Shown here: positions 26,831-41,460 of the stretch, one piece after another
Layout: the number at the start of each line of letters is the position of its first letter
Numbering within the stretch: position 1 is the stretch's first letter
Source of the DNA: the human T2T-CHM13v2.0 reference genome, Homo sapiens
Direction of reading: 5' to 3'
Length of the DNA: 64,000 nt
Assembly: GCA_009914755.4 (NCBI GenBank)
Contig: CP086569.2
Coordinates: forward strand, 22,272,001-22,336,000
Position numbers and translations under genes: made by a program
Notes under the pieces: generated by a model
What the model saw: only the letters and a program-made list of their open reading frames with translations
Told to the model about the DNA's origin: nothing
Databases searched by the model: none

Positions 26831-29780
26831 AGAGGAAATTTTAGATTTTAGAATATTGCAATATGTTATACTTAATTTTTTTTTCAAGTTTGCTGTTGCA
26901 GTGGCACTTGAGAATAATTATTTCTTATGGTGAAAGTGTGATTTCTTGTATCTAGTCATCTACTTTTAAAATCTTTATTCTGTTTACTTAAACCCTAATA
27001 ACTGGTAGTCAGCTCAGCTGAAAACGGATTCCATGGGTGTTTTGTGTTGAGGTTATTAAGACAAGTGTAGAGAGATATTAAAGACAAAAGACATTTACTT
27101 TGTATATAAAACACTTATCTTTTTATTATGGCCATATATTTGAATAATTATAATAGGCATTTGATATGAGAAGGATTATGTATTGCTTAGTATATCTCAG
27201 GTGTTATCTAGGCAAATCTATATTTCTTGAGTCATATTATCCCATAGTAGAGTATTGTGAGCTAAGTACAGTTACCTTCCCACTTTACAGATACACTGAA
27301 AGTTATCTAAGCATTCACAGTTCATAGGAAGATTAAAACAAGCTGATAGAAATATCAGTTATACAATAGAGTAAGAACTCATTTTTTTCTTGCAAATAGT
27401 GAAACATTTGTTTGTTTTAAATAAAAGAGGTACTGGGGAGAATGAAAATGGTAATATTACACACCACTTAAGTTGCCTCCCTAGAGGCACAAACATACAC
27501 TTGAGCACATGATTGGGATGTCATGTTGCCAGTATTGTTTAGATTTCTCTGCTTTGAAACATTTATGCTAAGGCTTCATCCTTGCAGATAGGGCATCATA
27601 TATGGCATGGGTAGTTTTTAAAAATATCTTGAAATGCATACTTTAATAACTAATTTTCCAACTTTGTTTTAATCAGGGGTCGATGATATGTGGCACTCCT
27701 AGTAAGTAAATGAATGTTTGAAGTGCTGTGAGTTATTTTAGCAATTGCTCAGTTTACCATTTAAGTTATCAAAGATCTTTACTTGTGCAATATCATAAAA
27801 ATGTGGGACATTAAAAATTAATAACAGGATTTATGTAACTAAAAGCTGCCATCTAATATGATATTTTTCAGTAAGATGACAGCAGCAATTACGCTGAAAA
27901 ATAGTCATTCCCATAGTTTGAGCCATTATAGCAATTTCCACCTGGGGATTTCACAGTCAGATTCCAGTTCTGGACAACAGTGATTAACGTAACGGTTATT
28001 AATGAGAAGAGATTTTGAGATGTGTAGCCGTGTTTAGATGTCAGTGCCTTGAAGCAACGGATTTGGCATATTAGTAAGAAAGAGTGCTTTGGACTGGATA
28101 ATAAGAAACATATTGAATTGTCTTTCTTGTCCTCTATAGCATGAAAAGTCAGTCAGAGATATAGAAACAATGGAACATTTCACAGCATGGCCTACATTTC
28201 ACTTCACTTTTATCCTTTTAACCATGCACAAAGTTTATTAAATATGCAAAGTAGGAATGCTATAGGAAGAAAGAGTAGTCGTCAGAGGTCACAATCCACA
28301 GCAAGGTGACAGTGTCTTGTGGATCGCACCCTAAGTGCTAATTAGAGTGAGAATCTACTTTCAGGTTGCCAGCATGGAACAAGGAAAATGAAGCTATCAG
28401 CAGTTAACATTATTGTATTAATTGAAATGAATGCTGACAGAGATTTTGTTGGCTTTACAACAAATTGAATATGGATAATGTAACCGCTTATCAAATTTCA
28501 TGCATATAAAATTGTGGATTAATTAAAAAATTACACAACCCATATATTTTGGGTATCTCATATAAATTTCTATGTACATGTGCAAACTTGCAGTGTGCAA
28601 ATATGTGTCTACATCTAAACATGTACAACTGCATTGACCAACAGTTAGAAAGTTAGAAATTATTCTCCCATTTTACCATTTCCTTTCCTTGAAGTTTGTC
28701 ACAAATATAATTTTTCCATCTGTTCGAAGCCTACTCTCTGGAGGCGTGTAATGTATGGATACAGTAAAGCCATAAAATAACACAGGGTTTGTATTAGACA
28801 AAACAATAACACTCGTGTTATAAAAGACCCATTGTGAGAAGAAAGTTATACTTCACATTACTACAAATACAGAAGTATGCTTTCATCAAAAGCTGAAATC
28901 AGTCAATATAATTTGTTTTTAATGTTTTATTTAAAATAATTTTAAAAGGATTACTCAAGTAGAATAACAGTATTGGTAATAAATAATGTTGAAGAATTCC
29001 CTTTAATTTGTTGATTATTTAAACTATAAGTAAAACACTAAAAAGTACTATGTAATGTAGTTTAATGAAGACTCTTTATGGTTTTCATAAAATAAATAGT
29101 CTCAATGGAATATTTTAATACTGAGAAAATTTCATATATCATTGTATTGTACTTTCACTTTATTACTTGCTTGCATGTCATAACTGATGGAAATAAAAAT
29201 ATTTCTGTTTACACATATGCAAAAAGTGGATTTTTGTTTATGTTTTCTAGTGAGACAAAGTTACCAATAATTTCATCTGTATGGGAAAATTTTTACAAGC
29301 CCAAAGTTCTTAACTTTCTTTTCTTTTGACGTTTCATATTTCAGTCTAGGTATGACATGGAATTGACTGTGATCATTCTTTGATTTCACTGTCATTACTG
29401 AGTTTCTGATACAGTGTTAGGAATGTATAGACTTTAAACCTTGCTTTCTTCTTCTTCTTCGTCTCCCTTTGGACCTGTATATGTGATTTCTGCAGTAATG
29501 TGCATCGTTATCTGACATACAGTTGCTGAAAGATACAAGCATAAATATAATTCTTAGTGTCAGTGAATCTTTAGGAACAGACAAGTAAAACTGAAAGATA
29601 ATTATGGTATGAATGTTAGTAAACTGTTTATCACAGAGGTACAATAAGGGTGAAAATAAATTTAAAAATACATGCCTCATACAACATATTGAGGTAGTAA
29701 AAATGAAAAACTTAATTTGACATAAAGAACAGTTTAAAAGTTATGATTATTTCTGGTGACAACAAGTAGCTCAGAAACCA

Positions 29781-31215
29781 TGAGGAACTCCTGCAAAGCT
29801 ACAAGATGGATTTGCAGGTCAGGATGTGGGCCATGGGGGAGGGTTCCAAGGTCCTGGTCAGGTTGAGGTCCTCCTGGAGCATGGGGGTGTCTCAGTGGGA
29901 GAGCTGGGAAGGGGAAACACATGCTTCACCCCAGCTAGCAGGCCACCTCAGCCCACCTAGATGAAACTGTCCCTTGACTATCCTCTTTCTCCTTCTTGGA
30001 CAGGCAGGTGGAGGAACTCAGCCATCCTGAGTACTGGTGGAAGGATGAAGTTTGCCTTTCATCGCAACATTTACTTCTGCAACGAAGTGATCATTAAGGA
30101 GTACTGCATTGGAATTCTCAATAAGGAGTGCCTCCCCGCATGGTAGAGGGGGTGGTATGTGGGAAGCTAGGTTTGGCATGAGCCTTCCCAACTCCTCTCG
30201 CTCCAGGATAGAGGGTGACTGGCTCCACTGTGTCCAGTGGTTCTAGGGTTATGCAAGTGAAGGCCCCAGTTTCAGGCAGGACACACCTAACTGAGTTTCT
30301 TCAGCTGGTTGGCTGATGGTGACTGCCCAGGGTATGAAGGGTTGCTGAGGTGGGGTGGCGGTGGGGCATCATGGGAAAGGACCTTGCTGGTCATTGCTTG
30401 GTGTCGGAGGAATTGGCTTTGAACCAGAACCTGACCTGTCACGACCACTTTGCCCAGTCCCCCAGATCATCAGCCAGGGCCCGTGGCTCAATCTCATGCA
30501 GCACTACCCAAGGGAGTTAGGCCCTCAGAGAGGGAACAGAGAGGAGGCTGGGGAGCAGCCCAGGGCTGGGGGATGAGAGGCCTGTGGGTCCTGGAGCTAG
30601 GACACATAGTGAAGCCAAGGCTCAGGGAGGAGACTGCGGTAAGCATACTCAGACCATGCATGGGCTGGGGGAGAAAGGCCCATCAGGGAACTGTAGTACC
30701 CACATTTCAGGATTGGGGAACCCTAAGCCACTCAAGAGGCATAAGTAACTAAGGTCAGTGGGTGAGAAGCCAGGCTCAAGGGATAGCTGCCTCATCATCC
30801 CTTGCTAGCTTCCTTCCCTGCCCTGAGGCCTGCTACCACCTGAGGCTCAGTTTGGACTCAACCAGGGTGCTCTCACCCCCCACACAGGTGCCCACCTGAG
30901 GCCCATCTAGGTCTATATCCTCCCAGAATGGCTCTCCCAGGCCTGTCAAGTTCCATTTTGATGACCCCAGCCTCCCCAGACATGCTTTCTCCCTTCTGCC
31001 ATCCTCATTCACCCAGCCCCTGCCCACCCCCAGAAAAGACAGGCCACCACACAGGGAATCTGGAGGACCACACGGGGCTCACAGGGCAGAAAATGTGAAG
31101 AGATGGCAAAATGGAAGGGGACCTTCTGTGTGTGTCCAGGCAGGCAATCTGGCTGGATATTAAGGCCCACCTCACTATTGGTGATGACACCCAGCGTTTC
31201 TTGGCCCTGAACATG
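29781..31215 (+). repeat. ~1.5 kb LTR-like element, copy B
   Basis: Starts TGAGGAACTCCTGCAAAGCTACAAGATGGATTTGCAGG, parallel to the start of copy A, and ends ...ttcttggccctgaaca. Confidence 0.5.
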
Positions 31216-31289
31216 TGCACACAAACACACACATTGTCCATGGCATTGACATCAATACTACCTAAGCGATCCTCAGATTCTACGCAACC

Positions 31290-33080
<1,791 letters not shown>

Positions 33081-34087
33081 TTCTGCAGCATGCTGACTTT
33101 AACTAGGGATAACACATTCTTTCTCTAATAAATGTAAGATGGGGCATATCATGTTTTATCACCTCAAAATGACAAGTATGTGAGGTTATGCATGTGTTGA
33201 TTACTTTCCACTATTTAAACTAGGAACATTTAATTTCATTATGCTATGCACTTGAGAAACTCCGCTGGTACACTTTTGATTTAGGTTAAAAAAGAAAGTT
33301 TTCATTACCGTTATCCCCCTTCAGTCACAGAATGCTTCAAGTAGAATGTTCCGGATGTCTTAAACTTTAGTATCAACCACATGTAATTACATCCTTTCAC
33401 CTGTACTATTCCTCTAAAAAATAAACGTTTTATGGTGATGCAGATAATTTTGTAGTCCTTCTAAAGACTTCTGAAACATTATAAGCTTGTAAATTTTTAA
33501 AGAGAAAGAGCCTAATTAGAAAACTTGTGCAGCTTGCAAGGGAGATGTAATATGTGCCTAATTTTGTTTCTATTTGTGTTCAAAGAAACAAAGAAAAATG
33601 TTCAACAAACAACACAATTTACTCTCCTATTGTATTTGCTTTTAAGCATGTATAGCTGAGCAATAACATCAGGCATTTTGCATTACATGTAACAATGTAT
33701 TCTGAAAATTTTAATATAGATATTACATCTAAACAGATAGTTTTCAAATAGCATTAACAAGTACGAAATTACTTGAAAAACATTCCTTTTCCTTTGAATT
33801 CCTCAAAAACTTCATGGAGGAAGTTATTATCTACTTCTCTCCACAAAACCAACATGTTTCTTTCAGTAATACACAGGTAACAATGCAGAAATAACATTTC
33901 AATTTTCAATTTGCAAACAAGGTTTGGTATGCAATAACCATTATTTTGGATACTTGCTTTAGTATCTGCTTCAGTCTCCTTTTTCAGGTCGACTTTCCCC
34001 ACTATCTCCTATAGATGCCACTTAACTTGACCTACCATATGCTACATGAGGAGCAGGGTGCACCCTATCCAGAGAAGGTGTATTCCT

Positions 34088-34270
34088 TCAGTCTTTTCTG
34101 CCAAAGTGCTCATGACCACAGGAATAAAAATCACTGCAACTCCTTGAGTAACTCTCCCGACTTCTGCCATATCTATCTCGAGTATTGTTATAATCATGAT
34201 GGCTGCTTCCACCATAAGACATCCCAGGTCCTTGTGCAGGTGCTGCACCATGAGAGGTCCCAGCAGAGTT
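34088..34270 (-). pseudogene. RBMY-like: RBMY-family fragment B, C-terminal exon ([56 protein letters not shown]; stop TGA at 34088-34090)
   Basis: Part of ORF 34088-34318(-). It matches the RBMY1 C-terminus ([55 protein letters not shown]). The expected acceptor AG before GGACC reads CTG here; an alternative AG lies at 34253. Confidence 0.6.
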
Positions 34271-34667
34271 GATAAAATAATATGTTGGGCTACATTTAAA
34301 CATTTTTACTGCTATCACTAAAGCATGAACTAATTAAAGTACTATTTGGAAATATCTGCTTTCCTCTGCCTTTGTTGACAGGATAATAATTAAGCCTGCA
34401 ATAGTAGGTTTTATTTAAAATAAGTGTAAGAGTAGTATTTTGAAGCTTGACAAGTTTAATTCTAAGGTAAATGTTGAGTCACATTTTCTGAACATGAACT
34501 GAAGTTCTCACTTTCATATCATTCCCTATATTTTATACTGTTAAGAATACTCATTATTGAAGCATGTTATATTTGTTCTTTATAATTTTCCTTAGAATTT
34601 CATGTAAATAATGATCTGATCTATTAAATGTAATTCTATAATTTACAAATCCATCCTGGACCATTAC

Positions 34668-34756
34668 CATATCTCTGAAATGCATCTCTGTAAGAACTTC
34701 CACTTGCACATTGAGAAAGATCTCTACCACAGGCCTCAGAGTAGCCACCATGATCA
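34668..34756 (-). pseudogene. RBMY-like: RBMY-family fragment B, penultimate exon ([29 protein letters not shown]; acceptor tttag, donor G|GTAATG)
   Basis: Hand translation matches RBMY1 [30 protein letters not shown]. Confidence 0.65.
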
Positions 34757-34849
34757 CTAAATTGAAAAAAAAAAATAAAAAAGGGTTCTTAATGGCAGAA
34801 TGAACAATTTAAGAAATCAATTTAATAAATCCAGATAACATTATAGTAC

Positions 34850-34960
34850 TTATATCCTCTAGAGGAATGTTCATCCTGACTAGAATGACCATAATCACAG
34901 TATGCATAGCCTCTAGGTGGTGGAGCATAATCCCTAGTTTCTCGGGAACTTGGATGATGT
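34850..34960 (-). pseudogene. RBMY-like: RBMY-family fragment B, single SRGY-box exon (111 nt; [36 protein letters not shown])
   Basis: Matches the RBMY SRGY box ([38 protein letters not shown]). I found only one such exon here, whereas RBMY1 has four. Confidence 0.65.
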
Positions 34961-35039
34961 CTGTGTGCATAAGTTTAAGCAACACATTTTAAATTTTCAA
35001 ATTCTAGTATCCAAAAATATATCTAAATAACAACTTAAA

Positions 35040-35830
35040 CACAATTAAATTGCCAAACATCTAAATAGCTATTTCTCCAATAAAATAGGCAAATGCCCAG
35101 AAAGCACATGGAACAGATACTCATAATCAGTGATTCAGAAAATGCATTTCAAATCCACAATGAGATACCATACTTCACACACACACACACACACACACTG
35201 GAATGGCAATAAAAGCAGGAAATACCAAGTGTTTGAGGGGATGTAGATAAACTGGAACCCTGATACAATACTTGTTGGAATGGAAAATGATGCAACTTCT
35301 ATGGAGAAATGTGGTGGTTCCTCAAGAAAACAAACATAATTATCATAGAACCAAGCAATTCCACTTATATACATACCCAGAATCGAATAAGTATACTCAA
35401 ACAAATATTGGTGCATAGAAACACTGTGGTGGAAACAACCCAAATAAAATAATGGGTTAACAGTTTGTGGAAGGAGTGAAGTGCTGCAATGTAAATGAAC
35501 CTTTGAAACATCATGCAAAGGGAAAAGAGACAGATGCAAAAAGTCATGTAGTGTTTGAGCCCATTAACGTTAAGTACCCACAACAGATAAATTCAGAGGT
35601 GGAACACTGACTGGTGTTTGCTAGCAGCTGAGGGAAGGGAGAAAATGGAAGGAACTGCTTAACTGGTAGTTGGAGTTTTAGCTTGGAATCATGAAAATGT
35701 TTTGGAACTCGATGGAGGTAGTTGTTGCATGACACAGAATGTATTAAACACCACTTAACTCTTTACCTTATAATATGTAATTTTGTTATGTGAATTTCAT
35801 CACCACAACAAAAAAAATCAACTATTTTAT
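35040..35830 (+). mobile_element. Ancient L1 (L1M-type) 3' fragment, the paralogue of 1-575; carries an internal (CA)n at 35178-35200
   Basis: 35231-35830 aligns with 1-575, and the L1 ORF2 sequence continues upstream to ~35040. Confidence 0.7.
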
Positions 35831-37047
35831 TTCATTTTTCCTTTAACTCTCCTTAATTGCATAACCATCATCTCTTGGTGACATATGGTCATTTATCCAG
35901 GAAGAGATTGTCACTCTGCATGGAGGACCTCCATAATTCTCTCTTCCACATGATATGGGATATTTAACACTCATGTAATGGAACATTATGTAAAGAACAC
36001 CAAATCTGAAACACTATTTTATCTTCTCTCAAACAACTTTTTAAAATTATTTCTTCTATGACTCCATTCTTTGTTTCCTAAATTACTAGCCAGTCATGAC
36101 ACTGTGAATATTTCTTATGGCTTTGGATAACCCCATGGCTCCCGCAAGGCCAGTTCTTCTAATGAAGCTGAAGGCTAACACTAATTCTCAGGTAAAGTTC
36201 ATTTGTAATGTTAATAACAACTTAGTTATTATTTTCCTCTTCATATGAATGACTGATGACTGCTAATGACAGAGGGAAAACATGTAAAACCATCAAACTT
36301 TTCACTGATTTTAAAGTTTACATAAATTGTCCTTTCTCAGCTGAAGAAGGTAAATTTTCCCATGTTGTTAAATTCATCTCACACACACAAATACTGCTAC
36401 CTTTGAATGACTACATGCTAAATTTTTACATAAAAGTTCTCCTTTATCTCTAAGTGGCTGGCTCTACCTTAAATGTTGACAAATTAAAATGTATTAGTGA
36501 AGATTTTCTAATGATGGCCAACATTTACTTTTATTTCAATAACCAGTAATGTTAAAGGGGTCATTACAACATTGTTGCTATTTCGAAATAGAGAAGGTTC
36601 TTCTTTAATATCCTCTTCACTAGCTATTCCTTAAATGTCAGCCTTTCACCTATGATATGTTCACTAGCGAATTTTCCAATGAAATATGTTGGCTTTTGTG
36701 TCCTGAAGTCAATAAATACCTAACTTCACTGACAGTCTACATAAGAAATGTAAAATTGAAAATGTCAGTTTTTAATTTCCTCCATATTAGGATGGAGGAA
36801 TAAGTAAGAATTTTAATTTGTTCTGCTTAAACTTCTTTGCTAAGAATTTTATTTATTATCTTGCTTTCTTCTGTTTAGTCTGCAATCTTAAAATTATCCT
36901 TCTGAAAAATACTGCTTCTATTAAATCCTACTGCTCACCTCGTGTTGCTTAGTTCTAAGTACTCTCCTCAAATAATTTCAAATTTTACACTTAGGATCTT
37001 GTGTTAATGTTTAAACATCCCGGTACAATCTTAATTATTGATTTACA
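35231..37047. repeat. Segmental duplication block, copy 2 (paralogue of 1-1814)
   Basis: See the feature at 1-1814. Confidence 0.8.
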
Positions 37048-37254
37048 TCCCCTTATATTTCACAACACTGTCCTTCTGTGATACTCACTTAAGAATATTG
37101 AACTCCTTCATGTCTACCTTTCAAGCCTTAAAATTATTTTTAAATTATATTTAAGCCCAGTGACTCCTTTTCTGCTAAATGCTCTTGTAGTTCTTTTGAA
37201 TCTTCATATAAGTAGTAAGAATGCCTTGCAAATAAGCTTATTGAGGTCTCAGAA

Positions 37255-37545
37255 GCTGGATGGCCCAGGTCAGTGGCTGACACTGTGAGCCAGTGTAGAA
37301 GGCTGAGGCAGCTGGACTGCTCAAGCCCCAGGCTTTAATGTCAGTTTTGAAAATGTAGTGAGATCCCCTCTCCACAAAAAAATAGGAAAAAAATTTAGCT
37401 AGGTGTAGTGGTGCATGCCTGTAGTTGCAGCATCTCAGGAGGCTGAAACAGGATAATTGTTTGAGCCCAGGATTTTGAGGCTGTAGTAAGCCATCATCTC
37501 ACCAAAGCACTCTGACCTGGTAAGAACAAGACTCCAACCCAACAA
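37255..37545 (+). mobile_element. Old Alu (AluJ/FLAM-like)
   Basis: ggatggcccaggtcagtggctgacactgtgagccag...gctaggtgtagtggtgcatgcctgtagttgcagc...gagcccaggattttgaggctgtagtaagcc. Confidence 0.6.
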
Positions 37546-37984
37546 AGAAACTGAACAAGCAATTTTCAGATTGGAACACCAGGGGACCATTACCACGGGA
37601 CCTAGGAAATGGAAGAATTCTTTAGATGAAGAAGCCTAGCATCTCTTAAAGAATACTGCTAGGAGCTTTTAGAAAAATAAAGGGGAATCCTCTAGCAACA
37701 CAGGATTAAAAGAAACGTTGGCCTCACTCTAATCAATTCTTTGATCTGCAATGAGAAGCTAGAGTATTTCTTCACCATAAACCTGAAATGTACCTAGTGA
37801 GAGAGAAACTATACTCAAAGTGATCGATCACCAATTAAGCCAATGTGTATGTCACTTCTATTTTGTTTGATAAACTTAAAGTTAAGCATCCAGGTAAAAT
37901 AGCTCATTTTTAGTCCTACAAAAACTATGGTCTTTCTATCAGGTAGCATTTACCTTGGCCTCCCATCCAACTATTGCTTCTTAC

Positions 37985-38106
37985 CATAGCAGAAAGAGCA
38001 GATTTTTTCAGAGGAGGGACTCGACTTCTTGAAGAGGGACCTCTTTTAACTGGAATGGGTCCCCTAGAAGAACTCATGTTGAGATCAGGAGTGTATCCAC
38101 CATCAT
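37985..38106 (-). pseudogene. RBMY-like: RBMY-family fragment B, exon encoding [41 protein letters not shown] (acceptor acag, donor ATG|GTAAGA)
   Basis: Hand translation matches RBMY1 [41 protein letters not shown]. The plus-strand ORF 37974-38321 is the antisense artefact. Confidence 0.7.
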
Positions 38107-38130
38107 CTGTATTTCAAACAAACTCTTTTT

Positions 38131-38437
38131 TTTCTTTTTCTTTTTTTTTGAGGTGGGGTCTTGCTCTTTCACCCAGGCTGGGGTGCAGTGGCACGATCTT
38201 GGCTCACTGCAAGCTCAGCCTCCCGGTTCACGCCATTCTCCTGCCTCTGCCTCCTGAGTGGCTGGGACTACAGGTGCCTGCCACCACACTCGGCTATTTT
38301 TGTGTGTGTGTGTGTTTTTAGTACAGACAGGGTTTCACTGTGTTAGCCAGGATGGTCTTGATCTCCTGACCTCGTGATCTGCCCGCCTCGGCCTCCCAAA
38401 GTGCTGGGATTACAGGCGTGAGCCACTGCGCCCGGCC
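38131..38437 (-). mobile_element. Alu SINE
   Basis: Poly-T head, then ...ggtggggtcttgctctttcacccaggctggggtgcagtggcacgatc... ending ...cctcccaaagtgctgggattacaggcgtgagccactgcgcccggcc. Confidence 0.85.
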
Positions 38438-39282
38438 TCAAACAAACTCCTTAGTTAACTAACATCACTGTTTCTTAAATGGCTAAGTTTTAGTTTTTTA
38501 TAAAGATTTTCTACATATTATAATCTTACAAATTCACATTTGTCTAAACTAATAAAATTAACATTTTTATATGAAATTAGTACAACTCAAGCAATAAAAC
38601 TCCATTTAGAAAATCTAGAAAGAAACTCAAGAATCATAATATTTTCTATGAGAGAGATGTGGGAAAAGTAGGGAGTGAACAGGGAGCAGATATTGATCAG
38701 TAAAATATCTAAGTATAATATACATAAAAATATTAAAAGAAAAATGATAAATGACTGTTTATATCATTCTGTTATGAGGAAAAATTTTCAAAGCATATCA
38801 TAAAGATAAACTAAATTCTATTCAAAGAAACTCAAATATTTACAATATCAAAAAATGCCACTTCAGGAAAATACCTTACCTCTAAAATTTGTTAACAGAA
38901 TATAGAATTCTTACAATTCCCTTATAAAACACTAATTTTCAGATTAGACTGTTAAATTTTAATAATCTTTAAGAATTGCATATTAAATAATATAAAAATA
39001 TTTTTCATATATCTACAAAAAATATAGACATATGCCAATTGCCAGGTGGCATTACAGGTTAGAATACACACATTCTCTTACATGACAGAATATTATTGAA
39101 CCTCACCCTCAAGATCAATGGAGACAAAATAATCATGAAGCTATGCATCTTAAAATGGAGCAAACACTGCAATTTCAGCTTCAAAAGAACATCTCCAATT
39201 AATTACACATCTGGTTATTAAAACCCAAAAATAAATGATAGATTTTTGAAGGTTGGTTAATAGACAATACAAGTTAACTGAT

Positions 39283-39590
39283 ATATTTATTTATTTATTT
39301 ATTTGTTATTGAGATGGACTCTTGCCCTATTACCCCAGGCTACAGTGCAATCGTGTGATCTCACCTCACTGCAGCTTCCACCTCCCAGATTCCAGTGATT
39401 CTCCTGCCTCAGCCAAGTAGCTGGGATTACAGGTGCAAGCAACCATGCCAGGCTAATTTTTTATACCTTTAGGAGAGACAGGGTTTCGCCATGTTTGTGT
39501 GGAACTCCTGACCTTGTGGTCCCCCCATCCCATACTTCCCAAGTTCTGAGACGACAGGCATGAGCCATCTCACCCAGCCCATCCAATCAT
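39283..39590 (-). mobile_element. Alu SINE with a (TTTA)n-type tail
   Basis: tatttatttatttatttg...gagatggactcttgccctattaccccaggctacagtgcaatcg...gcaggcatgagccatctcacccagccc. Confidence 0.8.
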
Positions 39591-40330
39591 TTTGTTTTGT
39601 TTTGTTTTGTTTTCAAATATATGGTTAGTTTTTCTTTTTTACGTAAAAATCGACCCCTCATTTCTATGGTGTAAATCACTCATAAATATCATTTTCAGTG
39701 ACTCATCCTTCAGCAAAGACAGATACATATATATCTGTGAAGCCGTGGTTATTAGACCTTTCCAGAGTCACTGACTGTTTTCAGAAATTAAAGTTCTACA
39801 TTTCTTAAATTGAAAATGCTTTATGGCAGACCAATGTACAAACTCTCTATCAAAATTACAAAGCAATAGATTTGCATAGATGTTAGCACATGTATACACA
39901 AAAAAACAAATATTGCAAAATCAATCTTAAGTACTGAGTTACTTTTTTCCTGTTGGAAAATTTTAAATATTCCATCCTATTTTGATGTTACAACTGATAG
40001 GAAGTTCTGGGCCCCAAAGTTGAAAACTCTAAAGTATAATGAATATAAATGAGTTCTGCAGAAACTTGTTGAGTGCAGGCAATCAGCATTCATAAACTCA
40101 ATTCAGTTTGAAATTTTTGTTATTTCAATGCAAAGTTATTACAATTTTAAAATGAATTTTAGATATTAGTTCAATCATTCTGATAATACACCTTTAGTAC
40201 TTAGAAATAATTTTATCTGTAAGTTAATTTTCTGTTCATAAAGGAAATAGATAAAATTGAGAAAATTTGATATCATCAAACTTATTTTCTTTCAGTCCTG
40301 TGGTTCCATTTTTATATTTTAAAACATTAC

Positions 40331-40508
40331 CGAAGTGTCCTTCATATGAGAGAAGCCACCCTCTTGTTCCTCCACTACTTCGTCTTCCAGATCTCAGACT
40401 TCCTGCAGGTGTCCTGTTTTTTGAAGAAGGTGGTGGTCTCCGCCTACCACAACTTTGAAAAGATGGTTTCCTGGCTTGTTCTAGTTTTATTGCTTTTCCA
40501 TGCAAAGA
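40331..40508 (-). pseudogene. RBMY-like: RBMY-family fragment B, exon 3 ([59 protein letters not shown]; acceptor cttttag, donor G|GTAATG)
   Basis: Part of ORF 40236-40505(-). It matches RBMY1 [59 protein letters not shown]. No exon 1 or 2 equivalent lies upstream within ~18 kb. Confidence 0.7.
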
Positions 40509-40844
40509 CTAAAAGTATTAAAGGTACTATCAATAACACTGGCACATTTAACCTAAGCACATTTTACAAACATTTTTTACATCAACTATAGTTCATAGTT
40601 AATTAGGTGATGCAAAGATGTTGGAAAAAGTGTTTTTGGAGTCACATGCCTTTAAAATGCTTTACTTGAGCAAAGACTAAACCCCTGGGGAAGTAATCTA
40701 GGCAGACATTTGGAGGAAGAGAATTCCAGGCAGACAAAATAACCATTGAAATAATTCGGAGACTAGAATTAAGCAAGTAGTCATACTCGCAACATATGGC
40801 AAGATGAACAAAGGAAAACACTTAAGTGAGATCAAAGACAAATC

Positions 40845-41460
40845 CTTTTGTTTATTCTGAGTATAATTCTGACTACTTGGAGAACAAACTCTAAGCTGCA
40901 AGTGAGTATCAGATTCAAGCAGAGAAACTAAACAAATGATGATGCTTCAACAAATGTAATGGCAGAGGAGGTGATACATGCAGTCGTTTCATGTGACTGT
41001 ATAAGTTGTGCTTTGCGTAAAGTTACTTGGCTGAGGGCATAAGTAATATGCAAATAATGATGTTGAGTATGTAGGTGATTTTTTATTGTTTTGAACTTTC
41101 TTCTAAATTCCCTCTGGTATTTGATTTCACTTTTTTAACCAGTGTTACAATTATTTATACCTAAATGTTACATGGAACTCATGTAGTATGTACCATGTAA
41201 AATTTATTACTGTCAATCAAGTAATATGAAATTTACATGTGATAGAAATGTATAATTTATACTTTTAAGTTAATATCTTATAATTTAATATATAAACCAT
41301 ATAAGCTATATAACTAACTTATAAATGTAAGTATTCCTAAACATACATAATATATCTGTATATGTTATAACTAACATATATGTATTGCATATAGATGAAA
41401 TGTATGCATTATATATTTTAATACAGATATACTATATGTCTATATGTATTTCCTTTTTTT
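40845..41460. repeat. Left copy of a ~600 bp direct repeat flanking the L1 at 41461-44905 (~88 % identical to 44905-45500)
   Basis: tctgagtataattctgactacttggagaacaaactctaagctgcaagtgagtatcagattcaagcagagaaactaaacaaatgatgatgcttcaac... is parallel to the sequence at 44905-45500. Both copies end at the homologous ...ctatatgtatttc(c/t). Confidence 0.75.

Noticed and set aside
29440-29540. Exon-like minus-strand segment (acceptor AG, MSDNDAHYCRNHIYRSKGRRRRRRKQG, donor AAG|GTTTAA) next to a (CTT)n run
   Set aside because: It is short, has no recognisable homology, and the basic tail derives from the (CTT)n/(GAA)n simple repeat. It is probably a chance ORF, though a TTTY-type exon cannot be excluded.
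37550-37650. Possible additional RBMY exon between the SRGY and DDGGY exons (ARLLHLKNSSIS...)
   Set aside because: It only weakly resembles RBMY ARSNSWMGSQG, it has an in-frame stop, and the splice sites are not convincing.
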